A stretch of DNA of 64,000 bases from assembly GCA_048013815.1 (NCBI GenBank), contig CM106586.1, forward strand, positions 17,112,001 to 17,176,000, written 5' to 3'. The stretch is from Setoptus koraiensis. Its lineage: Eukaryota > Animalia > Arthropoda. Position numbers and translations under genes: made by a program. Of this stretch, positions 25,266-38,750 are shown piece by piece (position 1 is the stretch's first letter; the number at the start of each line of letters is the position of its first letter). The notes below the pieces were generated by a model. That model was not told where the DNA came from and made no database searches. It saw only the letters and a list, made by a program, of their open reading frames with translations.

Positions 25266-27924
25266 CTGTCAATAACCAATAATTAATAAATGTGTTCCAA
25301 TTTGGAGGCAGATAGCGGGAAGTGGATAGAGACAAAATAATGATCAGTTAATAAGTTCTAAGGTATCAAGCAGTGCATTTGCATGTTGTGAATATAAGGA
25401 ACTAATCTAATTATGGTCCCTTATTGAGGTGACCGAATTAGGTCTCGGAACCCAGATAGAGAGAGGGAATTCAATTTTGCTAAGTGAGCGCGCGTGCCAT
25501 ACATTTCATTAGAACCAATCCGTGTAGCTAAATGAGCCAGCGCTGCGATTAATTTTGCGATATCCGATCTAATGCGAGGACTTCGCAAATGCATCCGCTG
25601 CGAGCGGTGTGTACAAGACGTCGTCATTTCTTGAGTGTTTTTAGTAGATTAGAAACGGCCAATATTCATGCACCATATATCAACAAACAACAGATGGAAA
25701 TCGGCTTACAAATTGATTAGGAACCGCGAGGACATAATTTATTGCTCAGTCAGACGTCAGACGTAGTAAGCACACCACATCTAACAACAAGCGCCGCTAT
25801 ATCTGATAGCCTATTCAGATCAACGATCAGGTGGATTAACACCGACGGCGCCTTACAGATTTATCCCGAGAGCACGGTCATTCGCAGCAAATATTTAGCT
25901 AAGACGACCCACTACTATTCGGGTTGGCATTTCAAAATGAGATCAGCATCACACACATTTTCCATATAATCCTAATAATGCTTACAGTTCGAAATGAGAA
26001 TTATAATTTACATGTGTCTGCTGTGTTTGAGAAGTCGGATTGGTAACGAGATGAGATTCATTCTCACGCTGCCACGTCGTTTTTGGCCAAAATCTTCACT
26101 GTTGTGCCTGCCAATGATTATCACAAATGTCATAAACGTCTTTCAGGTGTCTCATTTCACCTGTCCACAGCAACATTATTATGTCATAGCAAAGTGTGGA
26201 TGTAATACGGAATGTATAATGTCTCTATCAGAATGGACTCATCGCATGATGATGACATGGCGGTGGCGACACCGCCATGTGACTATAAATAAGGTTTATA
26301 ATTTATGCAGCGACGCAGCGTAATCCTGTCATCATGTCGGCCGGCTGAGTGGCTGGCCGGCCGGCCGATCGATGAAGAAGAAAGTTATTGAGAAAGTGAA
26401 AACAACGATGGTGGCAAGATGATATAGAGAATGCGATGTTCATATCTACCGTTTAAACTATTTTGTCCCGTACCAGTGCGTGCACGCAAAGATATGCATG
26501 ATAAAATTTATGATGACTTTTCATTTTCAATGGCAGTTACCGTTACATCACTATTTGCTGGTCTCGTTGTTGTCATCGTGAGTGGTAGGCGGCGGCTGTC
26601 AAGTGCAGCAGCAATGGTAACAGAATGAAAGAGCATAAAAATTGATGATAGCCACTGTCTACATAAATAAACAAGTATGTTGACATGTTCGTATTAGACA
26701 ATTTTATCGTCACTTTGCATTTACCAGCGCGCCTTGTCTCTACGAGAATATCGCCAGTCTTGCGATACAAAGCCGGTCGCATGTTAAGCATCAGCAACGC
26801 ATATCGTAACACTAACAAACAGCAGCATCGAGACATGGCAAAAGAAGAAATTTGTTCATCTGTTCATCCAATTGGAGAGAGCTTGAAAAAAGTCAAAGAT
26901 AAGGAGAATCATAAATTAAAATAACATCTCTCTTGCTTGTCGCCGTTGTGTGTTGCCCGTTGGTTGGCCTGGCCGAACACAACAACAACAACACTTAATT
27001 AAACTAGCGGACACACGAATATAAACCAGTCGCCAACGTCAAACCATTTGCATATGAGATGATGATCGGAGCATAGTCAGGTAGCGGCCATTGGCTGTTG
27101 CATCTGTTATCTCGCCCCTTTTAATGATCTTCCTCACAAATGTTTATCCATCGTCGCATTGCCTATGCACATCATAGCCAAATGGCAACACTCTTGGCCA
27201 TAATAATTTTGTTATGTTTGAGTGCCGCCGAGTCCGTTTCGTTCGCAACGGTCATCTCTCTCGCTCGCTCTCTATAGCTATCTCGAGAAGCGCGTGCTAA
27301 AAGACATTAGTAACAGTAATATCGGATAGGAGCAGCACTCCATTTGACAGGGCGACCAAGACCATGTGTGTTTAGTTTATACACTAGCCACTGGTAATGT
27401 GGTTAATATTTAAATTGCTTTGTGTGGCAAGAGAAGCTTACAGCGGCAGCAGCAGCGGCATATCAGATGAGGAGAGAACTCCTTCAAATGGATGTTGGCA
27501 CGACGGCCATTCAATATTGGATAAATCAATATGACCAGCGTGTTGGCTGGCGCCACACACTTCAGTGCTCGGTGTCCAGCGATAATGATCTAGATGGCCA
27601 ATGACCGTCTTATGTATATGAGAATAGATAAATATATCATATTGGCTGCCACTATCTATCTTGTTACCAGCTGGCAGCATCTCGCGCTAGATCTCTATCG
27701 GTATCACGGTGAGAATCGGCCTTCTATTGTTATCATCTCGTCTGATAGGTCTCTTGGGGAGAAAGAAGCCACTACCTACCACACTTCGGCTGTATCTATG
27801 CGCACATAAAACAATTATTGGCCCCAGAGACAACAATATATATATCGCTCGCTCGCAACGAAATATTGTTAGTTAAGAATTAATAAGTGGCAAATGCAGC
27901 CAATAGAATCACAGCAAAACTCAC

Positions 27925-28723
27925 CTGAATTTGTTGGGTTCAAAGTCAGCACTCTGCCTGATAACGTCCATAGCACTTCGTTGCTGGCACATAATATTTT
28001 GTTTGTTGGGAGCATCGCCGTCATGATGGTGATAGTAATGATTCTGCTGTTGTTTGCCAGAGCCCAACATAGTTAAGCGGCTGTTGGTTGCTGTTTGCAT
28101 CTGATCGATTTGATTCGTTTGCTGTTGATCGTTCGACGATGATAAGTGCTGTTGTTGCGCGTTAATTGGTGTAAAATTTTCACCACAAAAATGCCAACCA
28201 GCCGCGCTGCCACTTGCTTTTGGCTTGCCGCTACTCGCCAGATCATAGGACCAATCGCCGTACATTATAGAGTTGCTAGTAGTGATTGGCGTATCGGCGG
28301 CGACAAAAGTCGAATTGATGCTGTTGCTTTGCTGTGTCATGGCATTTGTGGTGGCCGCCAATAATGGGTAGGGCAGACAGTCGTAGGAACTAGCCAAAGG
28401 CAAACCAGACGACGGGTCTACCTCGGCGGTGCAACGCATACCTTGCGAATCAATACCACTTAGTAGCTGATCGGAAGCGGTGGCATTGTCCTGACAATCG
28501 GTTGGTTGGATATTTGAGGAGCTCATAGTGTTGACAGATTTTCCAAAGTAGCTACCAGGTGTCGAGTAGAATGGCGGATACATAGGATCGTTTCTGAAGC
28601 CATTCTCTTTGAACACTCCGTACCTGTATGAGGCCCATTCTCTGATGAAGGCGCGAGATCTGTCACTGTTTGTTCTGTCTGATGAGACCACGGTGTAATT
28701 GATGGGCAAATGAATCTTGTGAC
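27925..28723 (-). CDS. CLCA: CLCA-like protein exon 4 (metalloprotease-like domain, HExxH degenerate; Cys-rich region)
   Basis: cag|GT CAC AAG ATT CAT gives GHKIHLPINY. FIREWASYRYGVFKENG corresponds to CLCA HEWAHLRWGVFDE, and DAPNKQNIMCQQRSAMDVIRQSADF to EAPNxQNxxCxxRSTWEVI. Donor AG|gtgagt at 27924. Confidence 0.9.
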
Positions 28724-28960
28724 CTGTGCGTATGTCAGTTTGTTTGTGAGGGATAATTAATTTAGCATGCAGGATATTTGATGATGTATTAGTGCATATT
28801 AGATGATGTGTGGTTACAGGATGGTAGATTATTGAAGGAAGTTGGAAATTGGCAACAGAAATCAATGGAAATGAATGAAATGAGACCATTCTAAATGAGA
28901 TCCTAACAGGGGCCGTGATGACATGACAACTGCACGATTGTCCTGCTTAATTAATAGCTG

Positions 28961-28985
28961 CTCTCTCTCTCTCTCTCTCTCTCTC
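28961..28985. repeat. (CT)n microsatellite
   Basis: About 12 CT units. Confidence 0.9.
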
Positions 28986-30632
28986 GCTTGTCTTACACGA
29001 CCGACTTCTATTAAGCTCATTGTATCATCAACATCGAAGCCGGAGGTTAATCACTAGCCACGCATAAGCTGACCTGGCAGCAAGTTAACAAAAGGCCAAC
29101 ATTGAGCAGGTTAGCACACATAAACTCACCTCTCATGAAGTAGATCGAAAAACGTGCAATAACGATCATCTTCTTTAGCAGTGATGATCTTGATCTTGAT
29201 TCTTGCTCTCGGAATTATCATTTTTCTCTCTGTTCACTGCAGAAGCAGCAGCAGCTTCGAAGCATACTCAGCCTCGCAAGCACGCTTTAAACTCTAACTA
29301 AAGACAACAAGTATTTTTGGCCCAAGTACACACAAACAGTATATTACTGGACACAACTAAACCATCAGTAATACACTTTTATCTCTCTAGTTTTATGTTG
29401 AGGATGTTACGATGCGCAAATATCTCTAAGCAGAAATGGTTTTCAATCAAGAGAGCTAATCATGATCATCATGTTGGTAATAATTCAACTATTTAGTTCA
29501 CTAGTAGTAGTAGTTTCTTTTTTCATTAGAATTATTTTGCAATCGGACAACGATGGTGAAGTTCATTGGTCGTCGTCGTCGTTACAGAGCAAAACAAGAC
29601 ACGGACACTTGAAATAATCAACAACTTATATTGCTTATATTGGATGTGAGCATGGAGTCAGTCAATATTTCATAATGTTGTTGCTGGCAGTCGGTCAGTC
29701 AGTCAGTCGTTGCCGTTCGTTGTGTTGCTGTTGTTGTTGCGATTATAATGATTTAGTTAAATCGTGACTAAACACCAGTATCATTCCTTACGCCTCATGC
29801 ATCACCGATTTATAATACACACTCCAGTTTATAAACACAACAACAAAGCAACAACAGCAAAAGGCAGATATATTTACAACAGGAGATTCAATCATATTTC
29901 ATGGCTGTAGAATAGCACATCGGCACATCACATTGGCTCTAAACAAACGTTGTTGTCTGCCGACACAGGTCAAAACACACACTCATTGGCCATTACTGCT
30001 ATGGGGCCCAACAAACCAAACTTCACAGCCAAATCACGCCGTGGTTGCTTGAATCATATGACACATGATTGATGCTTCCATCGGGCACACCACCGCCATT
30101 GGTTGTTTTGTCCACCCGAATACTCGCAATTTTTATGTAGAGAGGCTCATTTGATCGATAAGTTGTGTTGCTTATAAGATGAAATCGATTAGCGAATCTT
30201 TTCATTGCACAAACACACTAATAAACGCAACCATTTTGTTAATTAGGCTGCATCAGGGATTGTTGGTTGTGTGTCTTAAAAAACAAACAACAAAACATAA
30301 AAAGGATGCAAGTTCACCATACGATTGCGATACGGATATTCAATTGGCTCCAGCCAGTTCATTATACTCTCTCGGTTATCCCTTGGGAAAGTAAATAAAT
30401 GATAATATGGCTTCTCGATGCCATCAGCATCGACAGATGGACACACCAAGAACATCCGATGCTAGCAACTGATGATCCCTCATTTCTGAATATATGTCAG
30501 CCACTGTTTCTATTCTCCCAGTTGACCAATTCTTTTGGGTGTGATGATGAAACCCCAAAAGCGTAATCTCCAGAATCGATTCAGCAGTCACAAGTTAATC
30601 AGGGCGACAAATGCGCATGAGTAATGACTTAC

Positions 30633-30689
30633 CATATTGAGCACAGCCATCATGTTGAATTGTATAGGGCATCTGTCCAAAAATGGGAT
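30633..30689 (-). CDS. CLCA: CLCA-like protein exon 3 (57-nt microexon)
   Basis: (D)PIFGQMPYTIQHDGCAQY(G) corresponds to CLCA xxPYTxQxxxCGxxG. cag/gtaagt boundaries, phase 1-1. Confidence 0.85.
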
Positions 30690-33600
30690 CTGTATCGTCA
30701 CATTTGGCAATAATTGGGCAATAGACGGGTGAGAGATAGTATAAAGAACATAATGAAAACGGAATTGTTAGTTGTGTGAGCTTGAGGCAGTTTTGAGTAA
30801 TTGAATTGTATTCCTTCTCTCTGGGATATTTCCGGTCGGCAGTTGCATCATCTTGACCTAATGTAGGTGATGATGTCTTGAATTCACACGCTCGAGCACA
30901 AGAACATAATAGGTGTAACAGGATCAAACATCTAATTTAGTTGCATCATTACAAACATATTGTGATGATGTAAGCAAGAAAGCATTAATTACATGATAAT
31001 TAGAGCCTGCTGCTGCATTTTTAATCTTGCTACTCACTCATAGGAGCAGTGAAGTGTTGTGGCGGCGGTTGTTGTTGTCATGGTCGTCGTAACCAACAAG
31101 ACGAGGCGCCTTCATTGCGACAAATTGTTTGCCAAATAGCGCAACAAAGAATGGTAGTAGTGTGAGAACATGGATCATCGTTCGGTTTACAGCACTTATC
31201 GAGGTGTTACTGGTGCTACTGCCAGTCAAGAAAGTGACGAGGTGCACAATGTCTTAACAACAATGCCAACAACTATGCCAAAGACAACGTTTTACATGAT
31301 CACTGAAGCAAGTGTCAGTGGACTTCTAGTGGCGATGATGCCACAACACAATTGCTGCAAACAAGTATTGAAGTGAATAACATCATCGAGTGCCATTGAG
31401 ATTGAAGATTCATGCAATCAGAATTCTTGGCGAATCTTGACGCTACACAATTGAAGGAAAAAATATGGCCTCTTATGTGCTCACTAAATTCAATTGGCTT
31501 TTCATGCAGATATTCAATGGAGCACAAGTGCAATTTTGTTCTTGTCGTCTCTATAAAAATACTTTCAAGTAAAGCGGAGAAATTCCTAGAATTAAATCAA
31601 GCCTATAATTGTTAGAATCAATCACTATCACATTCATTACATGTAGAGCGACAGTTGTCCACAGATAGTGCTAGGGAGTAGCCTACATTTAGTTTTTTGG
31701 TGTTTACAGTGATATCAGCAGTCAATCAATGAGAGGCAATTGCATAGAAGAGCAAGGCGAGTTTGCAAATAAATACAAATTTCACGACAACGACGACGCT
31801 GCTTACATAATCATCGTCAATGGCGTACAAACGACCATCTTTGTTAACTGGGGCACAGCGACTATGGACCGTTTACTTTATATAAAGTTTAGTTGTGCTC
31901 TCCCAATGTTGGCCAAATGTTGCTGCCGACAGGGTGTTTGTGATGTGATAACGATGGCACCCTTAAACTCTCCAAGCACGTACACAAACAATCTTGATTA
32001 TTATTCTATCCTTTCTTCTTATCAATCTATTTGCTATTGGCCCAATAAGAGTGTTCTATCTTTAGGCGCCGTTGCAACACACATCGCGCGTGCCAAAATC
32101 CATCAACATTGATGCATGGACTAAACAAATGGGACGAATACATACTATTGGACGGCAACTTATCAAATGACCACGGCCATCAATTAGACTTGAGACCTCT
32201 ATTGCGTCAAACAATGAAAACAAAACAAACAGAATAATCAGTAGTTTTCCTCTCTGATAGGCCACTGTTGAAAACCTCTCATTTAGACAATGCAAACGAC
32301 GACGACAACAACAGCAACAATCGTGCCGCCGACGAGGACGAGAAGACAGTAAACAGGTCCCACTCAGAGTGATCAATCAATCCACTGGGCTCTCTATCAA
32401 TGCATGGGGCCTTCTCTTCTGATCAATCAATGCTTTTTCTCTCTCTCTTTCTCTCGCTGTTTACCCTTATTCATTAGCAAGTTTATATCCCTCAGATGAA
32501 CCGAAAACAATGGCCGACAATCATCAACTTTCAACTGTACTTATGCCTGCCCATGAAACCCTCATAACCTCTACTTTCTGTCACTATTAAACGTCCAGAA
32601 CTATTAGCCTACCATATAGCTAGAGTGAGGGCAAACATTTGATCTAATTGGTTGATCAAATGATCTTGCACGTAACATGAACCGGGAGGAATGAGGGTAA
32701 ACAGATTGAACAAGTAGTTACAACAACTTCATTAATACTATCAATATGCTCTGTTATGATTAGTACTTAAATTGTATTGATTGGCTGGTCACCACCAGAT
32801 TAACTAGTGCGCACCGATCAACACTAATAGTCGCCCGTTGTAACTGCTGAATCAATATCCAGTACAAATAAAATCAAGCCGCTCGGTTGATTTGTCCATC
32901 TGTTTGTGTCCATCTAGATATGGAGCTCGTTGAGCGTTAAATCGGATCAACGCATGCAACAAAAGATTTTCTTTTATCCTATCAAAATAAGAGAGAATAT
33001 TGTTCAATGATTGAAAGGTTGTATTTACTCACGGAATGGTCGAAAGGAGGCCCAGATTATCGCTGAACTCTAGATCATTTCAAGGTTCATAATCACAATG
33101 CAAACGAGGAGACCGCGTAGTTTGTACCTCTCGCATTCTAATTATATACGATGGCTGTGGAACAATTTATACCATACATATGTGTAGTGAATTGTGAGGA
33201 TTTATTACTTATTCACTTTCATACGCAATATGTAAATACATATACATTAATTTAGTCTCTGTCCGTCAGTTTTTCTCCCAATGATCAACCATGTTGTGTG
33301 CAAAAAGTTACCGCACGTTGTGCCGCTACATTGCTAAAACGCACAATAACGTGGTAGTAGTCCAATTGCGTAATCATCACCGTGACATATATCAGATAGA
33401 GATAAACGTTAACAAACGTACACGTAGCAAACGAACCAACTGTGAAGCTTCCAAAACCAACAAATGACCATTGGTCATTTACAGCACTCCCTAACGCAGA
33501 GAAGACAGCCTACGGTGATGGTTATAATACCGTTGACAATGATGCAAACAACATGTAACGGTCATCTATAAATATATGACTTAGGACGTCGCCTAAACTG

Positions 33601-35141
33601 ACACAATTAGATGTGGCCCCAGCTAATTTGAATGAGACAAATTCTTTCAGCTGGGCCCAATGTAGCCCACCACTACCAACACTAATCTACCATAATCCAC
33701 ATGACAAAGAGCAGCAGTGCATGCACAGTAGATGGAACAATGTCACAAACTCTATATAGGATGAGTAATGTTCCTACATCTACTATGACTAGCATTTAAT
33801 ATAATTTGACTGATGATGAGCTCCCCTTATTATCTCCCTTCTCTACTAGCCGACATTGCACATAGTCAAATCTCAGGCACACCCACAACAGCTAGCGCCC
33901 ATAGCATTTAGTGTGTGCAAACAGCATACGAGGCAGCTGAACTGCTAGCGACTGCAGCAGTTCAGATTTTCAGGTGTAACCTTTGTGAGGCGTTCCTCAA
34001 CTGCCCGACCAAATGACTTAATTGGTGCTTCTGTATAATACAATGGCAACAACAACCAGAGGTAATAATTCGCTATTCTTTACTACTTAATTGACACGTG
34101 CATAGGTGAGGATTCAATCGCACAATCAATAAGTGTAGATTATTTTAAATTGTTATGGCGAAAAATGTTAACTACCGACTAAAATAAGTCTACCTGGGGC
34201 GAAATGCTCGGGACAGCATGAAAACAACATGGTGTTATGAGCAATTGTGCAAATATCAATACTCAAATAATTTCAAATAGCCAACTGCCTATTAACTGTC
34301 AACTTCTAGTGTTCTCGTTAGAAAACGGATTTTTAAAAGCAACGATTTCATACGACTTTTACTCCGGGTACTACATGTGGCAACATGTAATTGTTCACGC
34401 ACATTCTATTACGGCACACGCACAATGTTTTGTAGTATGATTGTTTCAATTTATGGCAAAAAGTGTAGCACAACAATAATACTGCATGGTGCAGTTAGTA
34501 AAATCACTAAATGTTGCGCCAAGTATTTGAGTGTCTTGACCATCCATGAGAGGATCACAGTATGGTCAGCATTTGTCCCCTCTAGACTGGCGAGATGGGA
34601 ACACTTGTGCAAGTGAAGCTAGGTTAAACTAGCTCAGGGCACGCACAAAAAAGATCTGAGATGAAAAATAATAATATTCTGTGACCATTTGGCGACTTAT
34701 TGTTGTGTACATGTCAAATTTCGGACTGACAGTATTTTTTCTCATTTCTTTCAAGACAACAGAATAGTCATCACAAGCTCTATTGATCGCTCTAATAATA
34801 GACTGAATGTGCGCTATGGCTAGGCCAGAGTCGCCAGATACAAGTTGTACTTTCCGAACAAAGCATGTTGCAATCGACGGTCACACAGATAGTTTCTAGT
34901 CTCTAAACTGAACAAATTACACTCAATGAGTGTATCCAGTTTTTTGCATATATCGTCAAAGTGTATTATGCGAATATCATGTGTGACGAGTGTTTCAGAC
35001 TAGAAAATTTTTGCTAGTTGGTAAGAAAATGCAGAATCTACAATTGATTAATGCAATCACCAACACGGACTTATCGCGTTTAGAGTTAGTCGTATAATAT
35101 GTATATGATAGAGAGCGGTGTATTCATGATTATGCACTTAC

Positions 35142-35334
35142 CATCAAATCCAACTAGGATGTCGGCTTCTCTATACAAAGTTCGACGATTTTTCGTAACA
35201 GGTTGACCCGGGTTTGGGAGCCAATCGTCTGTAGAACTATTCCATCTGTAGGGTATTAATATTTGCACATCACTAAAGTAGACACGCCCATTTAGAGCTT
35301 CATTTATAAATATAGAAGAGTCTCTTATGAATCT
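35142..35334 (-). CDS. CLCA: CLCA-like protein exon 2
   Basis: RFIRDSSIFINEALNGRVYFSDVQILIPYRW...YREADILVGFD corresponds to CLCA ASxYLFxATxxRFYFxxVxILIPxxW...ADV. taacag/gtaagt boundaries, phase 0-1. Confidence 0.88.
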
Positions 35335-36643
35335 CTGTTATGTAATAATTATTATCATGTTGTTGATGGTTTTATATTGTTTAGTGTAATGTACATGTTT
35401 TTGTACGTTATAGACGTTTGTGACACAGGATTGAAGGATAATGATGATCCAGAATTAATGATGTTGAAATGATTGTTGTTGTTGCATATTATGTTTGTTT
35501 CATTTCGTTTTGGTGATACAATGAAAGGAAGGCATTGTCGAATAGTTTCAATTGCACACACACGTCAATGTGAATCATACAGATGGAGGGCAACAGATAG
35601 TCAGGAAAGATGACGATGTGGAGCACATTATAATTTAAAAAGAATTGTTAGTTACGGTCGTAATGTTGTGACGTAAGTAATTTTTCAAGAAGTTGGAAGG
35701 ATTATTAATAGTTGCAGTGCGGATTTGCCGTTGCAGTATGATGGTTATTGTGTGTGGAAAGTCAAAAATAATGACGGCACACATACACACATCATGAGCA
35801 TAGCGCACGACAACAACAACGGCAACAACACCGGCCGGACATACAATGGAGATTAGTGCAAGTCATAGGTCGTCGTGATGCATTCGCCAATGACGATGAT
35901 TAGTGTGATAACAGTGAAAACGGTGAGTTATGTTACGAAATAGTGTGTTGTTCGGAGAGTGGTTTTGTTGTCCAAGATTAGTGTATATAAGTTTTGTTGT
36001 TGTTGTTGTCGTTCAACGGTGGGTCGTATGTCAGACACGACAGAAGAGATGAGGTGTTCAATTGGCGGATATTTTCGTTATGATTATTATTGTACGTATA
36101 TGGTCATCAATGGAACAAATTGATTTTTTTTTCGGCAATAATTAGCAGTTCATTATGGAAGCGCAGGTGAAGTAATTGAAGTTTTGTTGTTGGTTGGTCG
36201 TTTTGAATGTTGTTAAGTGGCAGTGTAAAGGCGTTGGTTGGCGCAAGCGTTGGCCATGTGTCCGTTGGAAGAGAGTGATTGTGTGATAGATGGATATGAT
36301 GATGATGTGAAGAAGTTTTCAATATTATTATTATTAGCGTTGTTATCGATGTTTCGTGTTCGATTGAGTTAGGTTGTGTTGGTTTTAGCAGCATTGTTGT
36401 TGTTGTTGTTGCGAGAATGGCAGTTTGAGGAGTTGTTGTTGGAGGTTGGTTGGCCATGTATGGTGGTTGTGTTATTTGCACAACGTCACAGACACAATGG
36501 TAACATGTGGAAAATTTGTCGGCGCGATTGTTCGATGTTGACGATGTTCGTTGGCGCGGTGGAGTGTTTGTTTTGGAAGCGCGATGATTTTATGGATTTT
36601 TGTCCGAAGCATGGAGATTATTTTTGGAAAATAATAAAATTAT

Positions 36644-36663
36644 GAGAGAGAGAGAGAGAGAGA
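36644..36663. repeat. (GA)n microsatellite
   Basis: About 10 GA units in CLCA intron 1. Confidence 0.9.
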
Positions 36664-36738
36664 AAGAAAGAGGGGGTTAGTTGGCTAGCGTGGACGGTGA
36701 GAGTGACTGGATGTTGTAGGGGGCGGCACGGGACCTAC

Positions 36739-37128
36739 CTGTACATTCTCGATGAGATCTTCTTTGACGAAATCTTTCACGTTCAGTTGATTGGAGAATG
36801 TTAGTGTGATTCCAGTGTAGCCAGAGTTTTCGAATTTTATGGACGATTGCAGCGCCGATCCAATATTACAAATTGACAATAATGATATTAACGATAATGA
36901 TACTAGTGCTAGTGGCGATATCACTGTTGAATTAAATGAGCTGTGAGCAACGGAGGCGGCGGGGGCGCTGCCGCTGTGGGGATGGGGCCGCGCTCGATGA
37001 GGTCGACAACAAGTGTGCATGTTGCTGGTATGGTAATTTTGATTGTGATGTGTGGTCACTGGTCGCGGGTCACTGTGTGATGCTGCTGAGGCTAATCTGT
37101 TGGCCCGTTTGCTTGGTGTGGCTTCCAT
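36739..37128 (-). CDS. CLCA: CLCA-like protein exon 1 (signal/anchor segment and start of the mature domain); start codon uncertain
   Basis: Hydrophobic LALVSLSLISLLSICNIGSA, then SSIKFENSGYTGITLTF (CLCA IxLxNNGYEGIVIAI). Donor CAG|gtaggt at 36738. Confidence 0.8.
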
Positions 37129-37325
37129 CGTCAGTTGGCTGATTGGTTGTTGATTGATTGCTGTTGTTGTTGTTGTGATAATTGTCTGTTAATTATTATA
37201 AATATTATCTGGTTGCATCGCTGGCAAGTGGCTGGCGTCATGTTGACGCTTGAACGTTCATTGATGCCGATGTATTTTCGTTGTTCAGTATTGGAGTGTT
37301 GCTTGGCTTGCGAGCGACTAACAAA

Positions 37326-37422
37326 AATAAATGCGTTGGGTAACAATAATAAATGCGTTGGGTAACGATAATAAATGCGTCGAGTAACGATAATAAATGA
37401 GCGTCGAGTAGTGATAATAAAT
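37326..37422 (+). repeat. 22-bp tandem repeat (AATAAATGCGTYGRGTAACRAT) x about 4.3
   Basis: Read directly; each unit begins with AATAAA. Confidence 0.9.
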
Positions 37423-38594
37423 ATATTGATTGTGTATTGAGCGGCGCTGATAAATTGGATATTGAGTTGGCAGTCGGATGGGGCGATCGAATGATGAGCT
37501 GATGCGGCGCGGCGAGGCGAGGCGACTCGACACGATCGAATCAAATGTCTGCAAATCGGAGACACTTTTCTTCTTGTCTGCAATTTCTTGTTTGCAATTG
37601 TGGCCACGAGGCTGCAAGTGTGAGCTTGATGGTGCGGGCCAGTGTTAATTGTGCGGTGCAACACGAGACGACGACGACGCGATATTCAAGTAACACTTGG
37701 CGAGTATTGTCTGTGTGTTCAAATGATGATGATGAGTTGCGATGTTGCAAATGTAACGTGTGTGTGTGTGTGTGAGCGATGCGTGCTTGCCTGCTTGCGA
37801 CCAAAATCGAACTAGTCGCTTAAAACAGCCAACTGGGGTTTAGCGGCCAACTCCGCTCGCCAATGCGCACCACTGCGCACAAACCGCACACTGTGTGCGC
37901 ACTGCACAGGCTGTGCCAGAGCACGACTTGCGCGCACACAGTGTGCAGCAGCAGTCTTCCCACGTTGCCAGCGTGCGCTGTTGCTGCCGGGCGTTGCAAA
38001 CGTTTTGAAGCACCGTGGGCACACAGTCATCACAGAGCGGTGCGTGACTTGGTGCTCGCACTGATAATAATCTCGGCCAGGCAAAGAGTGTGTCGTTCGG
38101 CGGGCGCAATGTGCACACTAACGACCGGCTACACTCGATTGTACAAACTCTCTAAACACAGTTTGCGCCTAACAGAGCGAACTAAACTTTAGTTACCAAC
38201 AAAGTAAAGCGAACCGAACAAACTAAAACGAACTAAAAGTTGGCACACACAACGCAAGGTGGCCGACGCATGCGCACCAGGCCAGCGCCGTATCGAATAT
38301 CGTTGGCAACGATTCGTTGGTCGTGTCCGGCGCCGAACCGACAAACCGCTTGCGAGCGACGCGGCCAACCGTTGTGACTGTGCGACCAGGCGGCTAGCTG
38401 GCCAGTGGTGGTTGCCAGCCTAACGCAAGTTGCCAACCGCAACTTGGTCCGAGTTACTTGGAGCGTCCGCACTCTGGCGCGGACCTGCTGCCGAGCTGCG
38501 CCCGGGTGCAGCGACTGCCTGTCCCCTCTCGTCCCTCGGTGCTGCCGCCGGTGCTGCACCACGCTCCGTCTGTTGCGCCTCGCGCCGCTGGTGC

Positions 38595-38750
38595 TCGAAA
38601 GCATCGAATGGCTCGAAAGTATCGAGCAGTTCGAAAGTGTCCGGCTATGATAGTTGAACTATCCGATACTTCGAATGCCGGCGGGCGACAGCGAATGCCA
38701 TCGGGTATCGGCGATGCTATCGGTTCGACAGCATCGACAGCGTCGATAGC
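38595..38750. promoter_or_regulatory. TCGA-dense cluster (9 TCGA) in the GC-rich island (about 37.8-39.4 kb) upstream of the CLCA-like gene; candidate promoter
   Basis: gctcgaaagcatcgaatggctcgaaagtatcgagcagttcgaaag...ttcgacagcatcgacagcgtcgatag. Confidence 0.35.

Noticed and set aside
29120-29230. Minus-strand exon candidate ending at a gtgagt donor in CLCA intron 3
   Set aside because: Its phase-2 end is incompatible with the phase-1 exon 4, and it has no CLCA similarity.
31038-31533. Minus-strand ORFs in CLCA intron 2 as extra exons
   Set aside because: Exons 2 and 3 already join in phase to give a continuous CLCA sequence, and these ORFs show no similarity.
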